64,000 nt of DNA, taken from Macrostomum lignano (lineage: Eukaryota). The DNA lies in assembly GCA_002269645.1 (NCBI GenBank), contig NIVC01001528.1, positions 1-64,000 on the forward strand, read 5' to 3'. Shown one piece after another: positions 1-12,900 of the stretch. The position numbers and the translations under genes are program-made. The notes beneath the pieces are model-generated. The model worked only from the letters and a program-made list of their open reading frames with translations, made no database searches and was not told where the DNA came from. How positions within the stretch are numbered: the first letter of the stretch is position 1; the number at the start of each line of letters is the position of its first letter.

Positions 1-604
1 TTTGAACCCAGTCATCAAAATACTCGTATCTTGTCAGTCAAAGTTGAGAATCCCCACTGACAAAGCAACATTGAAAAAGCCGCCACTCTATGCGCCAGTG
101 AGCTAGCTTCTAGCTTGGACTATTCTGAAATAAAAGATACGAGAAAACTGAGGCGTAGCTTTAATCCGTCCAACTCTCGCCACGCGCGATCCCCTTCCCC
201 CACTTCATTCCTCAACCCAGGTCGTCTTGTGGCGTATAGCTATAAGTCGTCACTCGCAAGATTGAGAGACAGTGCAGAGACAGTCGAAGCTTATAGGGAC
301 GGAGCTTATGGAGGGGAGGCCGGTAGAGGTGGACTTGTGGGAGGAGGACTTCTCACTCACAATTCAACCCTCGAGTTTCGCAAATAAGTCGCCGCGAGTG
401 AATCAATAATAACGTCAGTCGAGCAAAATCAACACAATTATTTTTTTGCAATATGCAGTTAGAATCACAAAATGCTTAAGAACGATCCCTCGCACGCTGA
501 AGTGCGGCGACTCTGCGGGGCATCCCCAAGATGAGGCGGCGCAGAAAGTCCTGGGGAAGCTGCTGCCAAGCGTTTTCAATGGCATGACGCAGCTCCGCAA
601 CATT

Positions 605-2027
605 CTGATGGGTTCGGCTTTTAAGCCTGTAGCTCTGGGCCTCAGAACTCAGAAATGAATCACTTAGAACTCTGGCTTCTCACTCCTGTCAGATGGTCAG
701 CCCCGTGGTAGCTGGATTGTGTGGCGAGCAGCAAGGTCCTATAGCTAAGGGAAGACAGCGAGTCGAGAGACAAGCAGGGAGAATTTGAAAGGTAGAGATT
801 AGCTAACCCGGATTAACTAACCCGCTGCCACCAGTCCGTGCGCCCCGGCTCACCAAACCATGCAGCTACCTGTATTCCCTGCACACCGGAGCGCCGTGGA
901 AACAAGGCGGCCCAATCAGCTACTCAGCCCAATTTAAAAGCTGTGTTTGCAGCTCCCGTGAGATAGCAGCTGCATTATAGAGAAAATGATGCTCAATGAG
1001 CTTTTTCATGCTCAATTTCAGTATCATGATGAGGACGCACTTTTTCCCAAATCCCGCGCTAGCACATGGGCTCGAAACTTACTAGCCTACTAACAGTGGG
1101 CAAGGGGCATTTTTATCTTTTTCTGCAAATTGTCATAGAATCTATACTAGATATAATGTCTGGCCATACTAGTAATAATACTGCCAGCAGTAGTCTAAGA
1201 CTCCAATTCAATCTAAAGTGTGAAGTGAATTAAGGAGAAGGTTAAATCTAACAGTTATCTTTGTCGGCTTTATTTCTTTGTTCGCCGATGGCTCAGATGA
1301 GTAGCTAAGCTAGTAGGCGCCGGTCACAGTGGACCAATGGCAAGGCAGTTCTCAGTCGACCAATCTAACAAATCAGTGAGCAAAACTGCCAAAAGTGCAG
1401 AATCGGCGCCAGAGATGTACTTTGTGCACTCTAGGGTAGCCAAGCGGCTCGGGTAAATGAATCATGCGGTCTCTGAGGTTCGAGTTAGCCTATCATCAGC
1501 GCTATGAGAGGCTAGTTGGCGCGTTGAAGGCTAAAAGTACATATCTTCGTATTTAGCAATGTAATAGTACATGTAGCTACCCCATAGACTCGCCACCGCA
1601 AGAATCCCCTGCACAAGTCCCCTCTGTACCTGCATGGCCAACGCGATCTAGTCCCAGCAGTGTCCCTTATCATCGGCTATGACTTCGAGATTGACAGCAA
1701 AAAGACACTAGTTGGCAGGTAAGTGCAAAGCCCCTTCTAGTCGAAGCCCGATTTCGAGAGTCCCGGTGTGGTGAGCCAGGGCGCACGGGCTGGTGGCAGC
1801 AAGTTAGTTGATCTGCGGATTAGCTAATTTCTACTTTCAAAATTCTCCCTGCTCGTCTCTCGCTGTCCCTCTCTTAGCTATAGGACCTAGACTGCTCGCC
1901 ACACGATCAAGCTACCATGGGGCTGACCATCTGACAGGAGTGGGGGGCCAGGTCTCTAATTGATTTATTTCTGAGCCTGAGGCCCGAAGGCTTCCCTAAC
2001 AAGGAGCCCGAAGGTCGAAACCCATCA
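605..2027. repeat. Diverged long inverted repeat, arms ~605-860 and ~1768-2027, ~0.9 kb spacer
   Basis: cactcctgtcagatggtcagcccc...tatagctaag...gctgccaccagtccgtgcgccc (left) is the reverse complement, with mismatches and indels, of gggcgcacgggctggtggcagc...cttagctatagg...ggggctgaccatctgacaggagtg (right); similarity extends to ctgatggg / cccatca. Confidence 0.8.
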
Positions 2028-2569
2028 ATCAGTTTAGTTTCAATTTAAAACACTTGCCTCGTTTTGAGGCCTGTTAACCAGTTCCAAGGTCTACTACTTA
2101 TCTCAATGTAAATGCAAATTCTCAGGCTTTATTTTTAGTGTGTAATTTTAGCCATATTTAGACGGCCTCTCCGACATGGTACATGTAATTGGATTGAGCC
2201 TTGAAAGTACTCAGCAACATTATACATAAAGTGGCGCACAATGAATTAAGACCACCTAACACAAATTCGAACTTTTATAGTTTCATAACCTTCACAGATT
2301 GCGGAAGCATTTAATCTAATCAGTTATAGATAACCGTGGTATCAATCAGTAAAATTATAGTTATGTGTTGTGTAATTACTCACAATTGAGTCTGTTTAAT
2401 TGAAGTCCTTATCTCACAATCGAATATGATAAGTCACACAGTAATAAGACCACTTAATTAATTGGGCTAAAAGGTAGGTGCTACAACAGTGGGGCCCCTG
2501 CTGATTCCAAAGTCCAAAACATCAAGTTCAATACAACTCCAAGCAAAAATGATCTCGAACTCTCCTAGA

Positions 2570-3340
2570 ATGGGAAAGGCAAAGCTCTATCGCCTGAATC
2601 GTGTAGGAAAATCAGGGCCCTGTTCGACCAAGGAGTTTCCCAGCGTGCCAAAGTCACGTACGCAGAAAACGTGCGTCCAGCAAGCACTCAGGCGCCACAG
2701 CAGCACTGGCAAAACAGACTGTGGCTCAAGACCTGGCAGGGCACCGAAAACTGACCACCGACTGGATCGACGAATTGTGCGAATGCCCGAGTCCAACCGT
2801 CGGCTAACCGCTGTGGACATCAGCCGTAAACTTTTGGTGTCCAGCTGCACCCCATGACTGTCCGCCGCCGTCTGGTAGCTGCCGGACTGCATGGCCGCAT
2901 TGCTAGGAAGAAGCCATTCATCTCCGACAAAAACCGGAAGCGGCGCTTGAACTGGGCGAAGCAACATGCAAGCTCTACACCCCAGGACTGGGGCCAAGGT
3001 CATCTGGAGTGATGAGAGCAAATTTTCCCGCACTGGTTCTGATGGTCGCCGGTATGTGCGCCACCGAGCTGGTGAGGAATTCGATTCCAGGTGCCCCGTT
3101 GGTTCCATGAAGCATGTAGATGGCAATGTCATGGTGTGGGCTGCATTCTCCAGAGCTGGACCTGGGCCAATAACTCGCATTGAGGGCATCATGGACAGAG
3201 GCTGTAGATGCGCTGCCAGTTTCAGCAGGACAACGATCCGAAGCTTGCTGAGAACAACATCCGCACCATGGACTGGCAATCCAATTGAGAATCTGTGCAA
3301 CTGGGTCGAGCTGGACTGGGTTCATAACTTCACCGAATGA
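2570..3340 (+). pseudogene. Tc1/mariner (Tc1-type) transposase pseudogene
   Basis: Translated pieces across frameshifts: GRAPKTDHRLDRRIVR (HTH), TVRRRLVAAGLHGRIARKKPFIS...RRLNWAKQH, KVIWSDESKF (first D), VMVWAAFS...GPGPITRIEGIMD, FQQDND (second D), NPIENL. Has frameshifts and internal deletions; TIRs not identified. Confidence 0.9.
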
Positions 3341-3544
3341 CGATAGCTGCATGTGGATCTAATATCCCCACGATTACTAACCAAAGAAATAAAATGTCTA
3401 GCTTTTGATGAGATTGTGAGACTACATGTACATTACAGTATACACATGTATAAACTATACTAGACAAACAACTACACTACCAGCGTAGCTCGAATACACG
3501 TACACGTTGTGTATACTTCAATCGGTCGAATAAATAGAAAAACC

Positions 3545-3770
3545 ATCCTCCATCAACTCCGCCCCTTCGATCCACCTCCATCAGCTCCGCCCCTACCGCC
3601 CCCATCAGCTCCGCTCCTAACGCCCCATCAGCTCCGCCCCTCCAAAAGCTCCGCCGCTACCGCCCCCCATCAGCTCCGCCCCTCCAAAAGCTCCGCCGCT
3701 ACCGCCCCCATCAGCTCCGCCCCTCCAAAAGGTCCGCCCCAACGCCTCCCTTCATCAGCTCCTCTACGAC
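3545..3770. repeat. C-rich degenerate minisatellite (ccccatcagctccgcccctccaaaagctccgccgctaccg-like)
   Basis: Repeated catcagctccgcccc modules visible directly. Confidence 0.75.
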
Positions 3771-4842
3771 AAAGTAATGGTTAAACACAGCGTGCAGCTC
3801 TAAGACAGCGAATATACAGTTATCAACAAATCATTCTCTAGGAAACTTGATCGACACAAATAATTGGCACCAGTATTGCTTTCGACTACGTTAACGAGAC
3901 GCGCCAATTCAAATAGGACGCCATACGAGATCTTTGCGAGTATTGCAAGACAACAGTGGCAGAAAAAGACTAGAGTGGGAAGTGAGTTGCTTGCTTCCTA
4001 TTCAGGTTAGTATTTTGCGTTGGTCTAACTTGAGCCTGGGGCACAGACTGTGGTCAGGGAAAGAGCAGGGAAAGTGGAAGTAGGAAAAGTGACTCCAATT
4101 TTATTTACGTACCAAGATTTCCTTGGTTCTATCCGCGATCCGAAGATCAAATATACTAAGTCTGCGGAGCTCAGTCTGCTTTCCATATACTCGTACCTTT
4201 GCTTGAGGAGCATTTGGATCAGTGAGGAGTCTGGCTAAAGTCTCGTTTCGATTGCCAAAAGCGATACAGTATTACATTACAATGTATTTCAAGCGATTAA
4301 ACTGGTCAATGGGCTATAAGTTGCATTCAGCAACAGATTCATATTGAGGCCACACAATGTGACATTATTGGCACAATGTTACGTCAATAAATGCAGAAGT
4401 ATTGTATATAGTTGTAATACAGAAAAGCGACAATAGTTAGATAATGACATTGGAAATTGAATTTCGCGATAGTATTACACCAACGCCACACGGCATTAAC
4501 GCCGAACGAAAATGCACGGACTTGAAAGTAAACGATTTGCTTGGTTGCGTCGGAATTAAATCAGTAAATCAGTAAGAAGCATACGCTTTTTAAATTGCGA
4601 GTACCCGGTATGCACCATCACAGTTCGCAGCTGGGCAAATTATTCTGAAGAGAAGAAGAATTACGATTTTATTAGCAGAGCTACGAGAAGGGGAGCCGCC
4701 GGGGGAGGAGGGGCTAGGGAAAGAGGAGGGTATAAAAGGCTATTTAAGAACACTGTAGCAGACGGGTTATGCATGACACAGTAAGTAAAACAGAGAGGAG
4801 GGAAGAGCGTAACGAAGGGATAACCAAGGAGAGTAGAGGGTG

Positions 4843-5750
4843 GGCGCTGGAGTGGAGGAGAGGGAGGGCGCTGGAGTGGAGGAGAGGGAGGGCGCTGGAG
4901 TGGAGGAGAGGGAGGGCGCTGGAGTGGAGGAGAGGGAGGGCGCTGGAGTGGAGGAGAGGGAGGGCGCTGGAGTGGAGGAGAGGGAGGGCGCTGGAGTGGA
5001 GGAGAGGGAGGGCGCTGGAGTGGAGGAGAGGGAGGGCGCTGGAGTGGAGGAGAGGGAGGGCGCTGGAGTGGAGGAGAGGGAGGGCGCTGGAGTGGAGGAG
5101 AGGGAGGGCGCTGGAGTGGAGGAGAGGGAGGGCGCTGGAGTGGAGGAGAGGGAGGGCGCTGGAGTGGAGGAGAGGGAGGGCGCTGGAGTGGAGGAGAGGG
5201 AGGGCGCTGGAGTGGAGGAGAGGGAGGGCGCTGGAGTGGAGGAGAGGGAGGGCGCTGGAGTGGAGGAGAGGGAGGGCGCTGGAGTGGAGGAGAGGGAGGG
5301 CGCTGGAGTGGAGGAGAGGGAGGGCGCTGGAGTGGAGGAGAGGGAGGGCGCTGGAGTGGAAGAGAGGGAGGGCGCTGGAGTGGAGGAGAGGGAGGGCGCT
5401 GGAGTGGAGGAGAGGGAGGGCGCTGGAGTGGAGGAGAGGGAGGGCGCTGGAGTGGAGGAGAGAGAGGGCCCTGGAGTGGAGGAGAGGGAGGGCGCTGGAG
5501 TGGAGGAGAGGGAGGGCGCTGGAGTGGAGGAGAGGGAGGGCGCTGGAGTGGAGGAGAGGGAGGGCGCTGGAGTGGAGGAGAGGGAGGGCGCTGGAGTGGA
5601 GGAGAGGGAGGGCGCTGGAGTGGAGGAGAGGGAGGGCGCTGGAGTGGAGGAGAGGGAGGGCGCTGGAGTGGAGAGAGAGGGCCCTGGAGTGGAGGAGAGG
5701 GAGGGCGCTGGAGTGGAGGAGAGGGAGGGCGCTGGAGTGGAGGAGAGGGT
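4843..5750. repeat. 24-bp minisatellite (gggcgctggagtggaggagaggga), ~37 copies
   Basis: Near-perfect tandem array; produces 8-aa periodic ORFs in several frames. Confidence 0.97.
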
Positions 5751-6362
5751 AGGGGCTGATGGGAGAAGAGGGTGGGCGCTGGAGGGGAGTAGAGGATGGG
5801 GGCTGGAAAGTAAAGGAAGAGAGGGTAGGGGCTAGAGAGGGGGAGGCGCTGGAGGTGGAAAGAGGGAATAGTAGAGGCTGGATAGGGAAAAGTATAACGC
5901 GGGAAGGATAGGAAAAGCAGGAGGGTATGGAGAGTATAGGGAGGGCATAGAGGGTACAGGGAGTCCATGGGTGGGTATAGAAAAAGTATGGAGGGTATGG
6001 AGGGTATGGAGAGGTTATAAGGAGAGTATAGGGATGGTATGGAGGGTATAGGGATGGTATTGAGGGTATAGGAATGGTATGGAGGGTATAGGGATGGTAT
6101 GGAGGGTATATGGAGGGTAAGAATGGGTATAGAAGGGTATGGAGGGTATAGGGAGAGTATTGAGGGTATATGGAAGGCATAGAGGGTAGAATGGGAAGGA
6201 ATGGAAGGGTAGAATGGGAGGGAATGGAGGGGGTAGAATGTGAGGGAATGGAAGGGTAGAATGGGAGGGAATGGTGGGGGTAGAATGGGAGGGAATGGAG
6301 GGGTAGAATGGGAAGGAATGGAAGGGTAGAACGGGAGGGAAAGGTGGGGTAGAATGGGAGAC
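5750..6362. repeat. Purine-rich degenerate repeats (ggagggtat / ggaagggtagaatg)
   Basis: Low-complexity G/A-rich repeats continuing from the 24-bp array. Confidence 0.8.
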
Positions 6363-6654
6363 ACAGAAAAACTGCTTACTAGAACAAATATAATATTAAA
6401 GTACACCTTGCAACATTTTTGTTAGCATTAGCTAGATAGAGGCACCTGGAAAAGAGTTGGCAATATCCAACTATAACTTATTGAACTTAAGGTAGTTAAA
6501 TAGTTCCATATTTTCTAGCTCTATAGTTTCGCCTTTTTGAAAGGTGCTTGAAATGCTGAATTCAATTTTCCAATTTGAAATCCATTTCTAGATTTTGAAT
6601 TGCCTTGGGTTTATAGCTTAAAACCCAAGGGTGAAAAGATTGAAGGGCAGGATG

Positions 6655-6835
6655 GCGGAAATTGGGGGATGGGCAGGATAGGAAGGAATTGGGGGTGGGC
6701 AGGATAGGAGGGAATTGGGGGTGGGCAAGATAGGAGGGAATTGGGGGGTGGGCAGGATAGGAGGGAATTGGGGGGGTGGGCAGGATAGGAGGGAATTGGG
6801 GATAGGCAGGATAGGAGGGAATTGGGGAGGGCAAA
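6655..6835. repeat. ~24-bp minisatellite (gggcaggataggagggaattgggg), ~7 copies
   Basis: Direct tandem repetition. Confidence 0.85.
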
Positions 6836-7121
6836 GATGGGAGATAATTGAGAAGCATGATATAAAGGAATTAAGAGAGGGAAAAAGTAAAAATATAATG
6901 ATTGAGAGAACAGACATAGGTAGAGGATAGGCAGACTAGAGTAGATATGCCTAGGCTAAATGCAATATAAGTATATAACTAGCAATCTTCGCCCCCGTTG
7001 GGGGACATCTGGATAGAATCTCTGTTCTCTACAAGTAACAAAAAGATAGCCAAAAAAGCCTTCACAAAGACGACAGACAAACTGCTCAAATAAAGTGTAA
7101 TGCAAAAAGAAATCATCCCAA

Positions 7122-7230
7122 GACAGCAAGCATCCCCCAAATAGCAAGCATCCCCCAGATTGCAAGCATCCCCCAGATAGCAAGCATCCCCCAGATAGCA
7201 AGCATCCCCAAATAGTAAGCATCCACCATA
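7122..7230. repeat. 18-bp minisatellite (agcaagcatcccccagat), ~6 copies
   Basis: Direct tandem repetition. Confidence 0.85.
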
Positions 7231-7336
7231 CAATAAGTACCCGGTAGCTAGTGCTACAATTTCCTTAGCTCTATAGTGGCTCCTTTAACATTGGCATGAC
7301 GCTTACTTTTACGTTTGAAATTGTGTAAATTTTATG

Positions 7337-9347
7337 TTTGACATGGTGGCTCCTAAATGTTTGACATGGTGGCTCTTTTATGTTCAACATGGTGGCTCTT
7401 TAATGTTCGACATGGTGGCTCTTTAATGTTAGACATGGTGGCTCTTTAATGTTCGACATGGTGGCTCTATAATGTTAGACATGGTGGCTCTTTAATGTTA
7501 GACACGGTGGCTCTTTAATGTTCGACATGGTGGCTCTTTAATGTTCGACATGGTGGCTGTTTAATGTTAGACATGATGGCTCTTTAATGTTTGACATTGC
7601 GGCTCTTTAATATTTGACATGGTGGCTCTTTTATGTTGGACATGGTGGTTCTTTTATGTTCTACATGGTGGCTCTTTTATGCTTGACATGGTGGCTCTTT
7701 AATGTTTGACATGATGGCTCTTTTATGTTCGACATGGTGGCTCTTCTATGCTTGACATGGTGGCTCTTTACTGTTTGACATGGAGTCACATATATGTTTG
7801 ACATGGTGGCTCTTTTATGTTTGACAAGGTGGCTCTTTAATGTTTTACGAGGTGGCTCTTTAATGTTCTTCATGGTAGCTCTTTTATGTTAGACATGATG
7901 GCTTTTTAATTTTCGACATGGTAGCACTTTAATGTTAGACATGGTGGCTCTTAAATGTTTGACGTGGTGGCTCTTTTATGTTCGACATGGTGGCTCTTTA
8001 ATGTTCGACATGGTGGCTTTTTAATGTTAGACATGGTGGCTCTTTAATGTTAGACATGGTGGCTCTTTAATATTCGACATGGTGGCTCTTTAATGTTAGA
8101 CATGGTGGCTCTTTAATATTCGACATGGTGGCTCTATAATGTTAGACATAGTGGCTCTTTAATGTTCGACATGGTGGCTCTATAATGTTAGACATGGTGG
8201 CTCTTTAATATTCGACATGGTGGCTCTTTAATGTTTGACATTGAGGCTCTTTAATGTTTGACATGGTGGCTCTTTTATGTTGGACATGGTGGTTCTTTTA
8301 TGTTCGACATGGTGGCTCTTTTATGTTTGACATGGTGGCTCCTTACTGTTTGACCTGGATTCACATATATGTTTGACATGGTGGCTCTTTTATGTTCGAC
8401 ATGGTGGCTCTTTTATGCTTGACATGGTGGCTCTTTACTGATTGACATGGAGTCACATATATGTTTGACATGGTGGCTCTTTTATGTTTGACATGGTGGC
8501 TCTTTTATGTTTGACATGGTGGCTCTTTTATGTTTGACATGGTGGCTCTTTAATGTTAGACATAGTGGCTCTTTAATGTTCGACATGGTGGCTCTTTAAT
8601 GTTAGACATGGTGGCTCTTTAATATTCGACATGGTGGCTCTTTAATGTTAGACATAGTGGCTCTTTAATGTTCGACATGGTGGCTCTATAATGTTAGACA
8701 TGGTGGCTCTTTAATATTCGACATGGTGGCTCTTTAATGTTTGACATTGAGGCTCTTTAATGTTTGACATGGTGGCTCTTTTATGTTGGACATGGTGGTT
8801 CTTTTATGTTCGACATGGTGGCTCTTTTATGTTTGACATGGTGGCTCTTTACTGTTTGACCTGGATTCACATATATGTTTGACATTGAGGCTCTTTTATG
8901 TTTGACATGGTGGCTTTTTTATGTTTTACATGGTGGCTCTTTAATGTTAGACATGGTGGCTCTTTAATATTCGACATGGTGGCTCTTTAATGTTTGACAT
9001 TGAGGCTCTTTAATGTTTGACATGGTGGCTCTTTTATGTTGGACATGGTGGTTCTTTTATGTTCGACATGGTGGCTCTTTTATGTTTGACATGGTGGCTC
9101 TTTACTGTTTGACCTGGATTCACATATATGTTTGACATGGTGGCTCTTTTATGTTTGACATGGTGGCTTTTTTATGTTTTACATGGTGGCTCTTTAATGT
9201 TAGACATGGTGGCTCTTTAATGTTCGACATGGTGGCTCTTTAATGTTCGACATGGTGGCTCTTTAATGGTCGACATGATGGCTCTTTAATGTTCGACATG
9301 GTGGCTCTTTAATGTTTGACATGGTGGCTCTTTAATGTTTGACATTG
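7337..9347. repeat. 23-bp satellite array (gacatggtggctctttaatgttN), ~85 copies with recurring variant units
   Basis: Period 23 (catggtgg at 7388, 7411...). Diagnostic variants (gacattgaggctc, ggtggttctttt, ggattcacatatat) recur in the same order. Confidence 0.97.
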
Positions 9348-9405
9348 TGCTTTTTTGTGTTTAGCATTTGTGTTTTTAAGGTTTTTGAATAAAAAAATCT
9401 TTTTG

Positions 9406-9474
9406 CACTACTAAGATTCGAACCCAGGTCGCTGCATTAGCATTCCAGTCTGTTCGCATCTATGCTATCTCTTG
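9406..9474 (-). other. Degenerate tRNA-like (Pol III A/B box) sequence, probably a SINE-head relic
   Basis: Reverse complement reads agatagcatagatgcgaacagactggaatgctaatgcagcgacctgggttcgaatcttag: A-box-like TAGCATAGATG and B-box GGTTCGAATC. No clean cloverleaf could be built by eye. Confidence 0.45.
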
Positions 9475-9829
9475 TCAATTGGAATACGTGAATTGTGGCC
9501 CTTATAATTAAATTCTTATAGCAAATCGGTTAGAGTAAAAAGTTATGACATAATCAATTTCTCAGTCAGCCAATATCAGTGTCAATTTAAGTTGGCAATA
9601 TTGTTACGCAATTTAAATCAAGTTTTGTGTGCATTTGTTCGGCACTGTTTTCAACTGGTTGTGATGTAATCTTTATCACAATTGGAATTCAGTCAGTCAG
9701 TTTTTTCTCTAGCATTCTTACAATGCATTTCAGGTCGAAAGAGCTGCTTGACCTTTGCAAAAAAGCATGTTTTTCGAATATTTAATCCCTTTAATATTGA
9801 GCAATTTCTTAGCCAAGATGCATGTACCG

Positions 9830-9956
9830 TCCCAGGAAAATTTCTGATCGAATGGTGCAAGTTTGAAGAAAATCGGTTGAGCCATTTTTTCTGAAATCTA
9901 TCGCATACCTACCTACCTACCTACCCACAGACAACTCATTTTTAGTATATAGGATT
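9830..9956 (+). mobile_element. Possible 3' end of a non-autonomous Helitron/Helentron-like element
   Basis: gtgcaagtttgaagaaaatcggttgagcc...(tacc)n...cagacaactcatttttagtatataggat resembles, from recall, the 3' layout of Lep1-like rolling-circle elements (AAATCGGTT core, microsatellite, ...ATATAGGAT). Confidence 0.4.
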
Positions 9957-12900
9957 CATATGACAATAAATATAAAGTAAATACACAACTGAACTAATAT
10001 TAATTAATTTATTCATTAGGAAGGTTATTGGCTTCTTTTTCTTTTTCTATAGCTAGGCCTATACATTTCATAATATTGGCCTACAACAATTATTAGATTG
10101 TTAGACAAGAAGCATAAAATATAATAGGGTCTAAAATAGCTAGCCTATTTTAGACCATATACATTTTATAGACTAATAATTTAGTAGGCCTACTCTTAAT
10201 AGCTATAGGCCTATTACTAAAATAAAATAACATAGCTAGCTACCTATCATAGGCCTAAAATTGACAAGGCCTTTTGTGTTTCTTTTCATGGTACAAGTAT
10301 AGAGTGATATTAAAATAAAGAATACAACTAAGAGCTAAAAAATTATACTAAATACCTGGCAATAAAGAAGAAAAACAAAGTAGATTAAAGCAGAATGCAG
10401 TACAAAATGGCCCACATATTGATAAGAAGGCCAATATAAGGCCAATAACTGGGTGAGCCAAGGCCACCTAGCTAGCTAGCCATCAAGCTTTTACTTTTTT
10501 TTAAGCCAATTAATATCTGCCTGCAACAGGACCATTTCATCCTTATTGTCATTGTCAAGAGGTCCAAGTAGCTAGTTTATTTTACAATCATTAACCTCCT
10601 AATTAAATTTCATTCAGTCATGTCATACATGGCTTTTTGTGCAAGCTAGGGCGACACATTTCCAAAGTTTTCGACTCTAGACACAAACTGCTTTATTAGT
10701 CTAGGTCTTGAATTCATACATACTAACACAATGCCCTATAGGCTATACTAATTAAATATGTCGAGCCATTATAATATTGGTTGTGCGTAGGCTTTTGAAT
10801 TGCGCGCCATAACTGCCCAATACAAGTATATACAGTCCGCTTTTAATCAGAAGGAAAGCATGTTATGCTGGCAGTCGACATGCCATCTACCCTATCTAAT
10901 CGTAGAAAACGTTTACCTTTTCTACCGATTAAATCCATGCTGGTCGGGTGGTTGACAAAAAATGTTATAATGTGTAGCGGTTCGGGGCGGTGCGGTGCGT
11001 GTTTTAGGGAGACCCCTTGGCTGGTGGGTCGTTCGCAAATTCTAGGAGGAGCAAAAATTTTAACAATTTTCCGAACATTTACTATTGTTACTGCCATATT
11101 GAAAATAATAGGACACTTTTATCTGTGAATAAAGATAATTTTTGGGTTAAACTTTATCATGCAAAAGTGTTTTTAATCATCTGGCGGTATTAAGCGATAA
11201 TTAGCGATGAAAAAATTCAAATTCAATCATTTCACCGATGTTAATTTTTGGTACTACAAGATGTCTGTAGCTAAAAAAAAGTTGTTGTTGTGTTGAAACC
11301 TTGCTATATTACATTTAAAATTAAAGCTTATATAAATTTAATTTAAGATTTTTTTAAAGCTCAATAAACTGCACTATAAATGATTTTATAGACGCTTAAC
11401 TGTACGCCTAGCATTTCCGGTGGGATAGCCTCTTTGCGTCTCACAAAATGTATTTTTTCAGCTGACGTCTAGAATGTGCGCTTAAAATGATACATTTTGA
11501 TGCAGATAATTAGAAAAACATGTCTTTTTATCTTTTTGTAAAAAATTGTTATGAAATAGAGCACTATTGTTGATAAAAATAATTAAAAGCAACCATGCAT
11601 CGCAATAAACTCCTACTTTGAAGCACAAAATAAATATCCTGTAACCACACTAGCATTCTCCATGGAGCACCTTTTGAGCTGAAATTTTACACAGATATCC
11701 AGTAAAGTAAACTGAGCAAATGATTTTTTTTGTTTTTGAAAATACTTCAATTTGGCTATGTATCAGTTAGTACATTGGACATATTTATTATATTTTTATT
11801 AAAATCCTTGTAACCAAGCTACAGAGAAACATGTGCAAAACTGGACCTTGAAATTTGACCTGAATGATCAGCAAATGTGTATCTCGAAATGATTTTTTTT
11901 GTTTTCATCAAGTCATTCTATGCTAATTTTTTCTGAAGGTAAAGATACCATATATTTAGAGTCAATAGGGGAAGCATTTAGACTTATTCAATAGTCATTA
12001 AAATTGCAACTATATTATTATAATATAGTAATAATATTATACATGTATTATATAGTAATATTAACTTCTAAGATGCCCTTATAAATTTAAGTAAAGACAA
12101 CAGGCCTTAATTAATTAATCAGCATTTTGAAGAAACTGACCTTATACAGATGGGCCCCAAGCTAAGAAATGAATGTAGAGCTTATTTCGTGTAAGGTATA
12201 AAAATCAATTTATTAAAATATTAAATACTTCTAATAAATTGGTTAAATTAGTTATTTACCTTGAATTAATTTAATTTTAATAATTAAATATATAAATTTG
12301 TTTCACTTCTTACTGCATTTAAATAGAGTACCTCTCTACTATACTATAGAAGTATAGTAAAAGTACATGGTAAAAAAGTATAGTAAAAAATTTTCTTTGG
12401 TTTAATCCCAGCTTGCCTCAGTTTTTTAGTCTTAATACGAGCTAGATAGTAAGTGTTGATTAATTTGCTCCATCACCTTTTGCCACGGAAACAGCACATG
12501 TCGGACATGCAACACTCTTCCTGATCCCTGGATTCAAGATGACTGCTTCTGCTTCTTCAATGCTTGAAAACTGAGCTCATGGAGCTTTAGGTTATGCTGT
12601 CAGAGTGCTGCTGCCGGTGCTGTGTGTGTATGTGTGTGTCTTCTGCGGGTAGGTTCCATGTCCCTCAGTTTAGCCACTGTTGTGGGCTAACTGGAGGAAT
12701 TGCCGTTGTCGGTGCTGCAGGTGGCACTGCATGGTAGTATTGACGCTGTCAGTGACGCTGGCAAAGGCTTGGACGAAGCTAGGTGCCGTCATTGTCAGAA
12801 GGACATGCGTGTGCTGCTTAGACCAGTGCGCACATTCGACTGGACTCGTATCTGGTGCAGTCTGGTGTATTCACTGAGATTGTGTGGATCTGCCTCCTCG

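Noticed and set aside
4661-6406. Long ORFs (581, 478, 327, 331 aa) with proline-rich or EEREGAGV repeats
   Set aside because: They arise in several frames on both strands from the stop-free 24-bp array; there is no unique coding flank or splice context.
12479-12492. X-box-like TTTGCCACGGAAAC upstream of the kinase
   Set aside because: Mismatch at the invariant first G and more than 3 kb from the first identified exon.
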